A DNA stretch of 64,000 nt from an uncultured beta proteobacterium (GTDB taxonomy: Bacteria > Pseudomonadota > Gammaproteobacteria > Burkholderiales > Casimicrobiaceae): assembly GCA_963734575.1 (NCBI GenBank), contig CAVTHT010000007.1, forward strand, positions 96,549 through 160,548, in the 5' to 3' direction. The translations under genes and the position numbers were made by a program. Positions 1 to 9,479 of this stretch are shown piece after piece; the first letter of the stretch is position 1; each line of letters starts with the position of its first letter. The notes under the pieces are model-generated. The model was not told the origin of the DNA and did no database searches. It saw only the letters and a program-made list of their open reading frames with translations.

Positions 1-475
1 AACGTGGCGGAGCGTGGCTTCCACGACAACCCGCTGCTCGACGCGGTCGAGGCGCACGCGCGCAAGGAGGGCGCACCGGTGGTGCCGGTGTGCGCGTCCC
101 TCGAGGCGGAGATCGCCGATCTCGAAGGCGACGACAAGCTCGCCTTCCTCGCCGACCTCGGGCCTGTCCGAGCCCGGCCTCGATCGCGTCATCCATGCGG
201 GCTACAAGCTGCTCGGCCTGCAGACGTACTTCACCGCCGGACCGAAGGAAGTGCGCGCCTGGACGATCCACGTCGGCGACACCGCGCCCCAGGCCGCCGG
301 CGTGATCCATACCGACTTCGAGAAGGGCTTCATCCGCGCCGAGGTGATCGCGTTCGACGATTATCTCGCCTGCAAGGGCGAGCACGGCGCGAAGGATGCC
401 GGCAAGATGCGCCTCGAAGGCAAGGAGTACGTGGTGCGCGACGGCGACGTGATGCACTTCCGCTTCAACGTGTGA
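1..475 (+). CDS. ychF: Ribosome-binding ATPase YchF, 3' part (5' end outside window); apparent 1-bp frameshift near 165
   Basis: Frame 1 reads ...[51 protein letters not shown]. It then continues in frame 2 as [62 protein letters not shown]...MHFRFNV* (YchF/Obg-like C-terminal TGS domain). The frame change is at ctcgggcctg. Confidence 0.85.
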   Translation, partial: TWRSVASTTTRCSTRSRRTRARRAHRWCRCARPSRRRSPISKATTSSPSSPTSGLSEPGLDRVIHAGYKLLGLQTYFTAGPKEVRAWTIHVGDTAPQAAGVIHTDFEKGFIRAEVIAFDDYLACKGEHGAKDAGKMRLEGKEYVVRDGDVMHFRFNV

Positions 476-943
476 TGACCCGGCGACGCACGCTGCTCGC
501 GCTCGGCGCCGCTGCGCTCGTCGCAGCCTGCGCCGCGCTTGCTCCGCGACCGTTGCCGCCGAAAGTCGAGGTCGATGGCGTGCGCCTCGTCATCGGCCCC
601 GCCGGCGAGCCACGCCTCGGCGTGCGCCTTGCCGTGGACAATCCCAACGCCTACGCGATATCCATCCAGAGCATCGATGCGACGCTGCGCGTGGAGGACG
701 TGCCGGTCGCCGTCGCGTTCCTTCCTGCTCCCGTGACCCTCGTCGCATCGGGCAGGACCAGCGTCGACGTCGAGGCGCGGCCGGACCCTGCTGCGTTGCG
801 GCCGCTGATCGAGCGCATGCTGCGCAGCCTCCGTGCCAGCGTACGAAGTCACGGGCTCGGCCGTGATCCAGTCGGGATGCGCGCTCGATTTCCACCGCCG
901 CGGCGAGCTGCCTCTCGCCGACCTTCTGGGGCGACTGCGATGA
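475..943 (+). CDS. Putative lipoprotein (LEA_2/NDR1-like fold?), start overlaps ychF stop, stop (TGA 941-943) overlaps dapF ATG; apparent frameshift near 840
   Basis: Lipoprotein signal [22 protein letters not shown] with lipobox LVAAC, followed by VEVDGVRLVIGPAGEPRLGVRLAVDNPNAYAISIQSIDATLRVEDVPVA. The C-terminus is recovered in the +1 frame as [33 protein letters not shown]. Confidence 0.5.
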
Positions 944-1805
944 GAACGCTGCGCTTCACCAAGATGCAGGGACTCGGCAACGACTTCGTGGTGCTCGACG
1001 GCATCGCGCAGCGCATCGAGCTCGATGCCGCGCGAGCTGCGGCGCCTTGCCGATCGGCGCTTCGGCGTCGGTTGCGACCAGGTGCTCCTCGTCGAGCGCC
1101 CGACCATTCCGGACGCCGACTTCCGCTACCGCATCTTCAATGCCGACGGCGGCGAGGTCGAGCAATGCGGCAACGGCGCGCGCTGCTTCGTGAAGTTCGT
1201 GCGCGAGCGCGGGCTCACGGACAAGCGCACGATCCGCGTCGAGACGGCCGGCGGCGTCATCACGCCCTCGCTGGGCGACGACGGCCTCGTGTCGGTCGAC
1301 ATGGGCGTGCCCGCGCTTCGAGCCGCAGGACATCCCGTTCGCCGCCGCCGCCGAGCGCGTCACGCACGCGCTCGATCTCGATGGCGAGCGCCTGGAGATC
1401 GGCGTCGTGTCGATGGGCAATCCGCACGCGGTCCAGGTGGTGCCCGACGTCGAGCGGGCGCCGGTGACGACGCAGGGTCCGCGCCTCGAGCGCGATGCCC
1501 GCTTCCCGCAGCGCGTGAATGCGGGTTACATGCAGATCGTCGATCGCGCTACCATTCGGCTGCGCGTATGGGAACGCGGTGCGGGCGAGACGCTCGCGTG
1601 CGGCACCGGCGCGTGCGCAGCGGTCGTGACGGGCATTCGACGTGGACTCCTCGACGCGCACGTGACGGTGCATACGCGCGGCGGCGTGCTGGCGATCGAC
1701 TGGGCAGGTCCGGGACACGGGGTGCGGATGACGGGACCCGCCGAAACGGTGTTCGAAGGCGAGTGGCCCATCGCTGCGCAATCTGCCCACAACGGAAGAG
1801 GATAG
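940..1805 (+). CDS. dapF: Diaminopimelate epimerase, requires two frame changes (about 1030 and about 1330)
   Basis: [21 protein letters not shown] in frame 1, then [21 protein letters not shown]...[18 protein letters not shown]...[20 protein letters not shown] in frame 2, then [19 protein letters not shown]...[10 protein letters not shown]...[11 protein letters not shown] in frame 3. Catalytic Cys motifs are present. Confidence 0.85.
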
Positions 1806-1814
1806 GACCACCGG

Positions 1815-2469
1815 ATGGATGCCGCAGCGGTTGCCGAATACCTGAAGCAGCACCCGCAGTTCTTCGAAGAGTACGCCGACCTGATGGCCGAGGTCTTCAT
1901 CCCGCACCCGCACGGCGGCCACGCGATTCCCATCGCCGAACGGCAGATCATCACGCTGCGCGAGCGCAACCAGGAGCTCGATCACCGCCTGCGCGAGCTC
2001 ATCCGCTTCGGCGGCGAGAACGATTCGATCAGCGAGAAGCTGCATCGCTCGACCCTCGCGCTCTTCGCGGCGCCGGATCTCGAGACGACGCTCGCGGTGC
2101 TGTACCAGAGCCTCACCGAGGATTTCGGCGTGCCGCAGGTCGCCTGCGCGGCTGTGGGGGAAGGTGCCGGAGCAGTCCTATCTGCCCGAGCTTGCCGCGA
2201 CGAGCCACGAGCTGCGCCAGTACACGGACCAGCTCGGCGCACCTTATTGCGGGCCGAACCCGCCGTTCGAGGCGCGCGACTGGTTCGACGACGGCGGCGC
2301 CTGCCAGTCGTTCGCGTTCCTGCCGCTGCGCACCGCGCACACGTTCGGTCTCCTGGGCCTTGCGAGCGACGATCCCGATCGCTTCTACGCCGGGATGGGC
2401 ACGATGTACCTGACGCGCCTCGCCGAGCTCGCGAGCGTCGCGACGGCGCGCTACCTGCCTCCGGCGTGA
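1815..2469 (+). CDS. DUF484-family protein (commonly found upstream of xerC); one frame change near 2160
   Basis: [59 protein letters not shown]...[18 protein letters not shown], then [47 protein letters not shown]...[21 protein letters not shown]. Confidence 0.7.
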
Positions 2470-3421
2470 CGGATTTCGACTGAGCATGAAGGGTGTGCGA
2501 CGCGGCAGGATCGCACGATGCGCCGCCGCCCGCAAGCCCGCGCAACGCGGCGCACGTCGCCGCCTTCGAGCAGCATCTCGCGACGCGTCCGGTGCACACG
2601 CGCAATGCCTACGTGCGCGACGTGCGCGAGCCTCGCGGTACTCGCCGGCGACGACGACATCGCGCACCTGAGCGGCGCGCAGGTGCGGCGCCTGCTCGCC
2701 ACGCTGCATGGTCGCGGTCTCTCCGGACGAAGCCTCGCGCGCACGCTGTCGTCGTGGCGCGCGTTCTACCGGCACCTGATCGAGACCGATCCGGCGGTGC
2801 GCGAGAACCCGTGCACCGGACTCAAGGCCCCGAAGGCGCCGCGACGCCTGCCCTCGGCACTCTCACCCGACGAAGCGGTCCAGCTCGTCGCCATCACCGG
2901 CGACGATGCGCTGGATGTCCGCGATCGCGCGCTGTTCGAGCTCGCCTACTCGTCGGGGCTGCGGTTGTCCGAGCTCGCGGGCCTCGACGTCGACCGCATG
3001 GATCTCGTGACGGGCGAGGTGCGCGTATGGGGCAAGGGCGCCAAGGAGCGCATCGTGCCGGTGGGCGCGCCGGCGCGCGAAGCCATTGCCGCATGGCTCG
3101 ACGACGCGCGACGCGCTCGTTGCGCCGGGGGAGACCGCACTCTTCGTCGGCCGGCAGGGACGGCGCATCACGACGCGCAGCATCGAGCGGCGGCTTGCGG
3201 ACTGGGCGGTGCGGCAGGGAATCGATCGTCACGTGCATCCGCACATGCTGCGACATTCGTTCGCGTCGCACGTGCTGCAATCGTCGGGCGACCTGCGCGC
3301 GGTGCAGGAGATGCTCGGCCACGCGAGCATCGCCAGCACGCAGGTCTACACCCATCTCGATTTCCAGTACCTCGCGAAGGCTTACGACGCGGCGCATCCG
3401 CGCGCGAAGAAACGCAAGTAG
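2470..3421 (+). CDS. xerC: Tyrosine recombinase XerC (N-terminal start uncertain; frame changes near 2630 and 3115)
   Basis: AAFEQHLAT...NAYVRDVRE / [49 protein letters not shown]...[25 protein letters not shown]...[14 protein letters not shown] / [77 protein letters not shown]. The R-H-R-Y catalytic residues are in context. Confidence 0.8.
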
Positions 3422-3437
3422 CGCGGCAGGACCAAGT

Positions 3438-3965
3438 TCAGGCTGCAGGATCCTCGTCGAGGATGCGCAGCACGCCCGGAAGCCAGGGGAGGTCCGTCGG
3501 CCCCGGATCGATGCCGGCCTGCGACATCAAGGTCGTGAGCTGGCCGCGGTGATGCGTGCCGTGGTTGAAGAGATGGACCGCGGCGATGCTTGCGCGCACC
3601 TCACGCGTGCGGCCGTCGACCCGGCTGGTGTAGCGCAGCGACGAAGCCAGCCATTCGGGTGTGACGTTCGCCGCCCACTGCAGGATCGCCTGATCGGTGC
3701 TCGTGCGCTCCCGCGCGAGCGTGTCGAAGTCGTCGAACATGCCGCGGCCGAAATCGCCAACCAGGCACGGCTGTCCCATGAACCGGCCCAGCCACATGCG
3801 ATCGCCCCACAGCAGGTGATTCAGCGTGTCGTGCATCGAGCCGAAGAACGCGCCGCGATCGCGCTTGCGCTCCGCGTCGGGGAGCGCCGCGAGCGCCGCA
3901 TACAGCCGCTCGTTCATCCAGCGGTTGTACCGTGCCATGACGTGGCAGTACTCCGGCGCGATCAT
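3438..3965 (-). CDS. DinB-family (DinB_2 superfamily) protein, start codon overlaps gshA stop (ATGA)
   Basis: MIAPEYCHVMARYNRWMNERLYAALAALPDAERKRDRGAFFGSMHDTLNHLLWGDRMWLGRF...AAVHLFNHGTHHRGQLTTLMSQAG. The His-rich DinB_2 signature HLxxH...HHRGQ is present. Confidence 0.7.
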   Translation of the reverse strand: MIAPEYCHVMARYNRWMNERLYAALAALPDAERKRDRGAFFGSMHDTLNHLLWGDRMWLGRFMGQPCLVGDFGRGMFDDFDTLARERTSTDQAILQWAANVTPEWLASSLRYTSRVDGRTREVRASIAAVHLFNHGTHHRGQLTTLMSQAGIDPGPTDLPWLPGVLRILDEDPAA

Positions 3966-5236
3966 GCCGGGTTGGCGAGCTGCTCGACCTCGATGGCCGC
4001 GGCGAGCTGTGCCAGCCGGGCGATGACGCCGTACGCGTAGAAGCGGTTGGGCGGACATCCCGCGGGACCGGAGAGGTCGGGGATGCATGGCGTCTCGAAC
4101 GCGAGCGGCACGAACTGCGCACCCGGAGCGTTGAGGTTCTCGTCCTTGCCGCGCGACGTGTGCACGCGATAGAAGCCGCCCACGACGAACCGGTCGATCA
4201 TGTACACGACGGGCTCGGCGATCGCCTCGTTGATCGACTCGAACGTGGGCACGCCTTCCTGGATGATGACCGAGCTCACCTCGAGGCCTTCCTTCACGAC
4301 GGCCATCTTGTTGCGCTGCTTGCGGTTGAGCCCGGTCACTTCCGACGCATCGCGCACGGTCATGATGCCCATGCCGTACGTGCCGGCATCGGCCTTGACG
4401 ATCACGAACGGTTTCTCGCCGATGCCGTATTCCTTGTACTTCGCCTCGATGCGGTGGAGGAGCATCGCGACGTTGGACGCGAGGCATTCCTCGCCGGCGC
4501 GGTCCTGGAAGTTGATCTCCCCGCAGACGCCGAAGTACGGATCGATGAGCCAAGGATCGATGTCCAGGGTGTCGGCGAAGCGGCGCGCGACATCGCGATA
4601 GACGTGAAAGTGATGCGACTTCTTGCGGTTGTACCAGCCCGCCTCGAGCGGCGGCGCGATCGGCTGGTCGATGTCCTGCAGGATCGCCGGCGCACCCGAG
4701 GAGAGGTCGTTGTTGACCAGCACCATGCAGGGATCGAATCCCGCGGTGGCGACGCGGCGACCGTTGCGCACGATCGGTTCGAGCGTGATTGCGCTCCCGC
4801 CGTCGAGCTCGATGCGCGTGGGCTCCGTGATGTCCGGGATCAGCGTGCCGATGCGCACCCGCATGCCCGCCTGGCGCAGGATGCTCTCGAGCGTGGCGAC
4901 GTTGCGCAGGTAGAACATGTTGCGCGTGTGGTTCTCGGGAACGAGCAGCACGCCGCGCGCGTCGGCACAGACCCGCTCGACGGCCGCCTGCACGGCCTGC
5001 ACGCAGAGCGGCATGAACGCGCCGTTGAGATTGTTGAACCCGCCCGGGATACAGGTTGGTGTCGACCGGCGCCAGCTTGAACCCCGCATTGCGCAGATCC
5101 ACCGACGCATAGAAGGGGACCGCGTGCTCCTGCCATTGCGTGCGCAGCCAGCGCTCGATGTCGGGCATGCCGTCGAGAAAGCGCTGCTCGAGATCGAGCA
5201 GAGGCCCGGTGAGGGCAGTGGTGAGATGCGGAATCA
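3962..5236 (-). CDS. gshA: Glutamate--cysteine ligase (proteobacterial GshA type), one frame change near 5045 (cccggg run)
   Basis: MIPHLTTALTGPLLDLEQRFLDGMPDIERWLRTQWQEHAVPFYASVDLRNAGFKLAPVDTNLYPG / GFNNLNGAFMPLCVQAV...FVIVKADAGTYGMGIMTV...FYRVHTSRGKDENLNAPGAQFVPLAFE. Confidence 0.85.
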
Positions 5237-5740
5237 TGGCGCTCGGGAAAGCGTGGGATTGTAGCCGAAGCGAACATGCTCTCCGCGGCAGTGCGTGCTG
5301 CGCGACACTGCCCTGCTTGTTGATCCCGGCCGCCTGCGGGCAGTGCGACTCCCGCTTGCTCCGTTCGCCGCAACCATGCACTCCTGTGGGTGCCCGGCGC
5401 GCAGCAGGTCGTGACCCACCACTCCCTCTGCGCCGCGCCACCCACGACGGAGTGCGCGGCTCAAAGTCGCTGCGCGCGACTCGCTCCTGCCCGCATGCGC
5501 AGCGCTGTCGCTGCATCGTCGCTGGCGTTTGCGATGGGGCTGTGGCAATGGTGGACCTGACATCGATGCATCCGCGAGGCGATCGCTGCGGGGCAGGGCG
5601 ACGTTGGCGCAGTCGGTGCAGCGCGGGTGGCGAGCGCGCCGTCCGCTCGTGGGTTGAGCGGCGGTCCGCGAGCCGGGTACCCGCGCCACCGACACGGGTG
5701 CGCCACCCGGAGCCGGGCAACGCAGCGGTTGCCGAGCGCC

Positions 5741-5775
5741 CAACCACCAACCACCAACCAGCAACCGCCAACCCT
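5741..5775. repeat. Short tandem heptamer repeat (CCAACCA)x4-5; complementary strand is (TGGTTGG)n, a G-quadruplex-type motif
   Basis: The sequence ccaaccaccaaccaccaaccagcaaccgccaaccc is seen directly. It lies about 500 nt upstream of the gshA start and about 60 nt downstream of the amtB terminator. Confidence 0.8.
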
Positions 5776-5834
5776 ATCGTCACGCGCCCACGGCGTCTGT
5801 CAGCGGAGTCGCACGCAACTGACGCAAGATGACG

Positions 5835-5863
5835 AAAAAAGGGGACGCCTTGCGGGCGTCCCC
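5835..5863 (-). terminator. Rho-independent terminator of the porin-glnK-amtB transcript
   Basis: Minus-strand RNA GGGGACGCCCGCAAGGCGUCCCC followed by UUUUUU. The plus strand reads aaaaaaggggacgccttgcgggcgtcccc. A second GC hairpin (ccggggcgaaggccccgg, 5937-5954) lies between it and the amtB stop. Confidence 0.8.
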
Positions 5864-6002
5864 AATAGCCACTGAGGAGGAGACACGAGGCAGGAGCCTC
5901 GCTTGCTGCAGGGCAGAGGGAGTCCGCCCGAACTGCGCCGGGGCGAAGGCCCCGGCTCATGGAGGGTCGGTGAGTGGCCGACCCCCGCACGAGCTCTTGC
6001 TG

Positions 6003-7580
6003 CTACATCCGGTAGGCCGACTCGCCGTGCGAGCTGATGTCGAGACCTTCGCGTTCCTCTTCCTCGGCGACACGCAGGCCGATGGTGAGGTCCACGATCT
6101 TGTAGGCGATGAAGGCGACGACCCCCGACCAGACGACGGTGGTCAGCACGCCCTGCGCCTGGACCCACAGCTGGTGCGCCATGTCGTAATCGCCGACCTT
6201 GTTCGCGACGTAGTCGTAGATGCCCTGGCCGCCGAGACTCGGCGCGGCGAAGACGCCGGTGAGGAGCGCGCCCAGGATCCCGCCGACACCGTGCACGCCG
6301 AACACGTCCAGCGCGTCGTCGGCGCCGAGGATCCGCTTCAGGCCATTCACGCCCCACAGGCACACGAAGCCGGCCAGAAGCCCGAGCACGAGCGCACCGC
6401 TGGTGCCGACGAAGCCGCATGCGGGGGTGATCGCAACGAGACCCGCGACGGCACCCGACGCGGCACCCAGCATCGACGGCTTGCCCTTCGTCATCCATTC
6501 GCCTGCCATCCAGGAGAGGACGGCGGCGGCGGTGGCGATCAGCGTGTTGATGAAGGCGAGGCCCGCGACGTCACCGGCTTCCAGAGCGGATCCGGCATTG
6601 AAGCCGAACCAGCCGACCCACAGCATCGAGGCGCCAACCATGGTGAACGTCAGGTTGTGCGGTGCCATCGCCTCGCGGCCGTAGCCTACGCGCTTGCCGA
6701 TGACGTAGGCACCGACGAGACCCGCGACCCCCGCATTGATGTGCACGACGGTGCCCCCGGCGAAGTCGAGCGCGCCCTTCATCCACAGCCAGCCGCCCTT
6801 CGCGGTGGCGAGCTCGGCAGCCTTCGCGTCGGTGAACGCGTCCGGACCGGGCCAGAACCAGACCATGTGCGCGATCGGCAGGTAGGCGAACGTGAACCAC
6901 AGCACGGCGAAGAGCAGGACCGCGGAGAACTTCACGCGCTCGGCGAACGCGCCGACGATGAGGCCCACGGTGATCGCCGCGAACGTCGCCTGGAACGCGA
7001 CGTAGAGGTATTCCGGGATCACCACGCCCTTGCTGAACGTCGCTGCCGTCGAGAAGGCACCCACGCCATCCTTGAGAGTGAAGATGCCGTTCAGCAGCAG
7101 GCGATCGAACCCGCCGACGAAGGCGCTCCCTTCCGTGAACGCGAGGCTGTAGCCGTACACCACCCACAGCACGGTGATCAGCGAGAAGATCACGAACACC
7201 TGCATCAGCACCGACAGCATGTTCTTCGAGCGGACGAGTCCGCCGTAGAACAGCGCGAGGCCGGGGATCGACATCATGATCACCAGCAGCGTGGCGACGA
7301 TCATCCACGCGTTGTCGCCCTTGTTGGGTGTGGGCGTCGGGGTTGCGACCGGTGCCGCCGCCGCTGCCGCGACCGGCGCTGCAGCGGGTGCAGGCGCGGC
7401 GGTGGTTGCGGTGACCGGCGCGGCAGGTGTAGTCGCGGTCGGTGTGGGGGTGGTTGCCTGTGCGAGCAGCACGCGCTCGACCGCGGGTGCTACGGCAGTG
7501 CTCGCAAAATCGTTGGCGCCCGCCGGCGCCATGAGCGCGCAGCCGGCAGCCATCAGGATCGATGCAATCAGTCGTTTCAT
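6003..7580 (-). CDS. amtB: Ammonium transporter AmtB with unusually long Ala/Pro/Thr-rich N-terminal region
   Basis: A 525-aa intact ORF with an Amt signature (...DFAGGTVVHINAGVAGLVGAYVIGKR...GVHGVGGILGALLTGVFA...). It is preceded by the signal peptide MKRLIASILMAAGCALMAPAGA and a TTPTPTATTPAAPVTATTAAPAPAAAPVAAAAAAPVATPTPTP linker. Confidence 0.95.
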   Translation of the reverse strand: MKRLIASILMAAGCALMAPAGANDFASTAVAPAVERVLLAQATTPTPTATTPAAPVTATTAAPAPAAAPVAAAAAAPVATPTPTPNKGDNAWMIVATLLVIMMSIPGLALFYGGLVRSKNMLSVLMQVFVIFSLITVLWVVYGYSLAFTEGSAFVGGFDRLLLNGIFTLKDGVGAFSTAATFSKGVVIPEYLYVAFQATFAAITVGLIVGAFAERVKFSAVLLFAVLWFTFAYLPIAHMVWFWPGPDAFTDAKAAELATAKGGWLWMKGALDFAGGTVVHINAGVAGLVGAYVIGKRVGYGREAMAPHNLTFTMVGASMLWVGWFGFNAGSALEAGDVAGLAFINTLIATAAAVLSWMAGEWMTKGKPSMLGAASGAVAGLVAITPACGFVGTSGALVLGLLAGFVCLWGVNGLKRILGADDALDVFGVHGVGGILGALLTGVFAAPSLGGQGIYDYVANKVGDYDMAHQLWVQAQGVLTTVVWSGVVAFIAYKIVDLTIGLRVAEEEEREGLDISSHGESAYRM

Positions 7581-7590
7581 GTCGTTCCCC

Positions 7591-8761
<1,171 letters not shown>

Positions 8762-8805
8762 GAGGGAATCCTTTTCGGGTTGTTGGGCGTTGCTCGGTCT
8801 CCTTT

Positions 8806-8824
8806 CAGCATTTGGCGTGCCACG
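8806..8824 (-). promoter_or_regulatory. Candidate sigma54 (-24/-12) promoter for porin-glnK-amtB
   Basis: Minus strand reads cgTGGCACgccaaaTGCTg, a GG-N10-GC match about 45 nt upstream of the porin ATG. A small palindrome, TGCGaCAcGCA at 8908-8918, lies about 90 nt further upstream and is a possible activator site. Confidence 0.5.
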
Positions 8825-9030
8825 TTCGAAAGCATTGGTCGTTCAAGTACTTGCGACGCCCGTGAGAGTCCGGGCACGTTCGCCAGGCGGGGCGGCGCGC
8901 GATTTCGGTGCGACACGCAGTGCCGCCGCACGACGCTGGGGCGTTCGGCCGTCCGGTGGATCCGGAGCCCCGCTGAACTTTGCTAGACTCGGTTGCGTCT
9001 TTCGAAGATCGTCGTCAACCGGAGTACGCC

Positions 9031-9433
9031 ATGCTCAACACGCGTCCCCTCGATGAACTCGCTGCCCGCATCGGGCAGGCGTTCGAGAACAGCCCGGCCA
9101 AGGACATCGAGAAGAACATCAAGCAGCTCCTCAGCAATGGCCTCGCCCGGCTCGACGTCGTGCCCCGCTCGGAGTTCGACGTCCAGGCGCAGGTGCTCCT
9201 GCGCACGCGCGAAAAGCTCGAGGCGATGGAGCGCCGCCTCGCCGAGATGGAATCGCGGCTCGGCATGGGTGGCGGGCAATACATGAATGCGCAGGGCGGC
9301 ATGGGCCAGAGCTATGGCGGGCCCGCGGGCGGTGGTCCCATGGGCGGGGCCGGGATGAACGAGCCGCCGATGGGCGGGTCTCCTGGGCGGCGGCCCGGGC
9401 GGCCCGGGTTTCAATCCCGGCTCCGGCGGCTGA
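9031..9433 (+). CDS. ubiK: Ubiquinone biosynthesis accessory factor UbiK (BMFP/YqiC family) with Gly/Met-rich C-terminal tail; 1-bp frame change near 9378
   Basis: MLNTRPLDELAARIGQAFENSPAKDIEKNIKQLLSNGLARLDVVPRSEFDVQAQVLLRTREKLEAMERRLAEMESRL, then GMGGGQYMNAQGGMGQSYGGPAGGGPMGGAGMNEPPMGG. The tail completes in the +1 frame as GLLGGGPGGPGFNPGSGG*. Confidence 0.75.
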
Positions 9434-9479
9434 CCCGCGCACACCGAGCCATCTCATCCAATCGGCGGGCACCGGCGCC

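Noticed and set aside
4-1467. 487-aa plus-strand ORF at window start
   Set aside because: It strings together out-of-frame pieces of ychF, the lipoprotein and dapF. It is an artefact of missing stops in GC-rich DNA plus frameshifts.
5935-5956. GC hairpin gccggggcgaaggccccggc downstream of amtB as a second terminator
   Set aside because: It lacks a U-tract. The canonical terminator is the next hairpin at 5835-5863.
3438-5990. 850-aa minus-strand ORF
   Set aside because: It is a composite. The first 175 codons from the 3' end are the DinB-family gene. The middle is out-of-frame gshA. The 5' 250 codons are Arg/Ala-rich read-through of the non-coding amtB-gshA spacer. There is no homology signal outside the two real genes.
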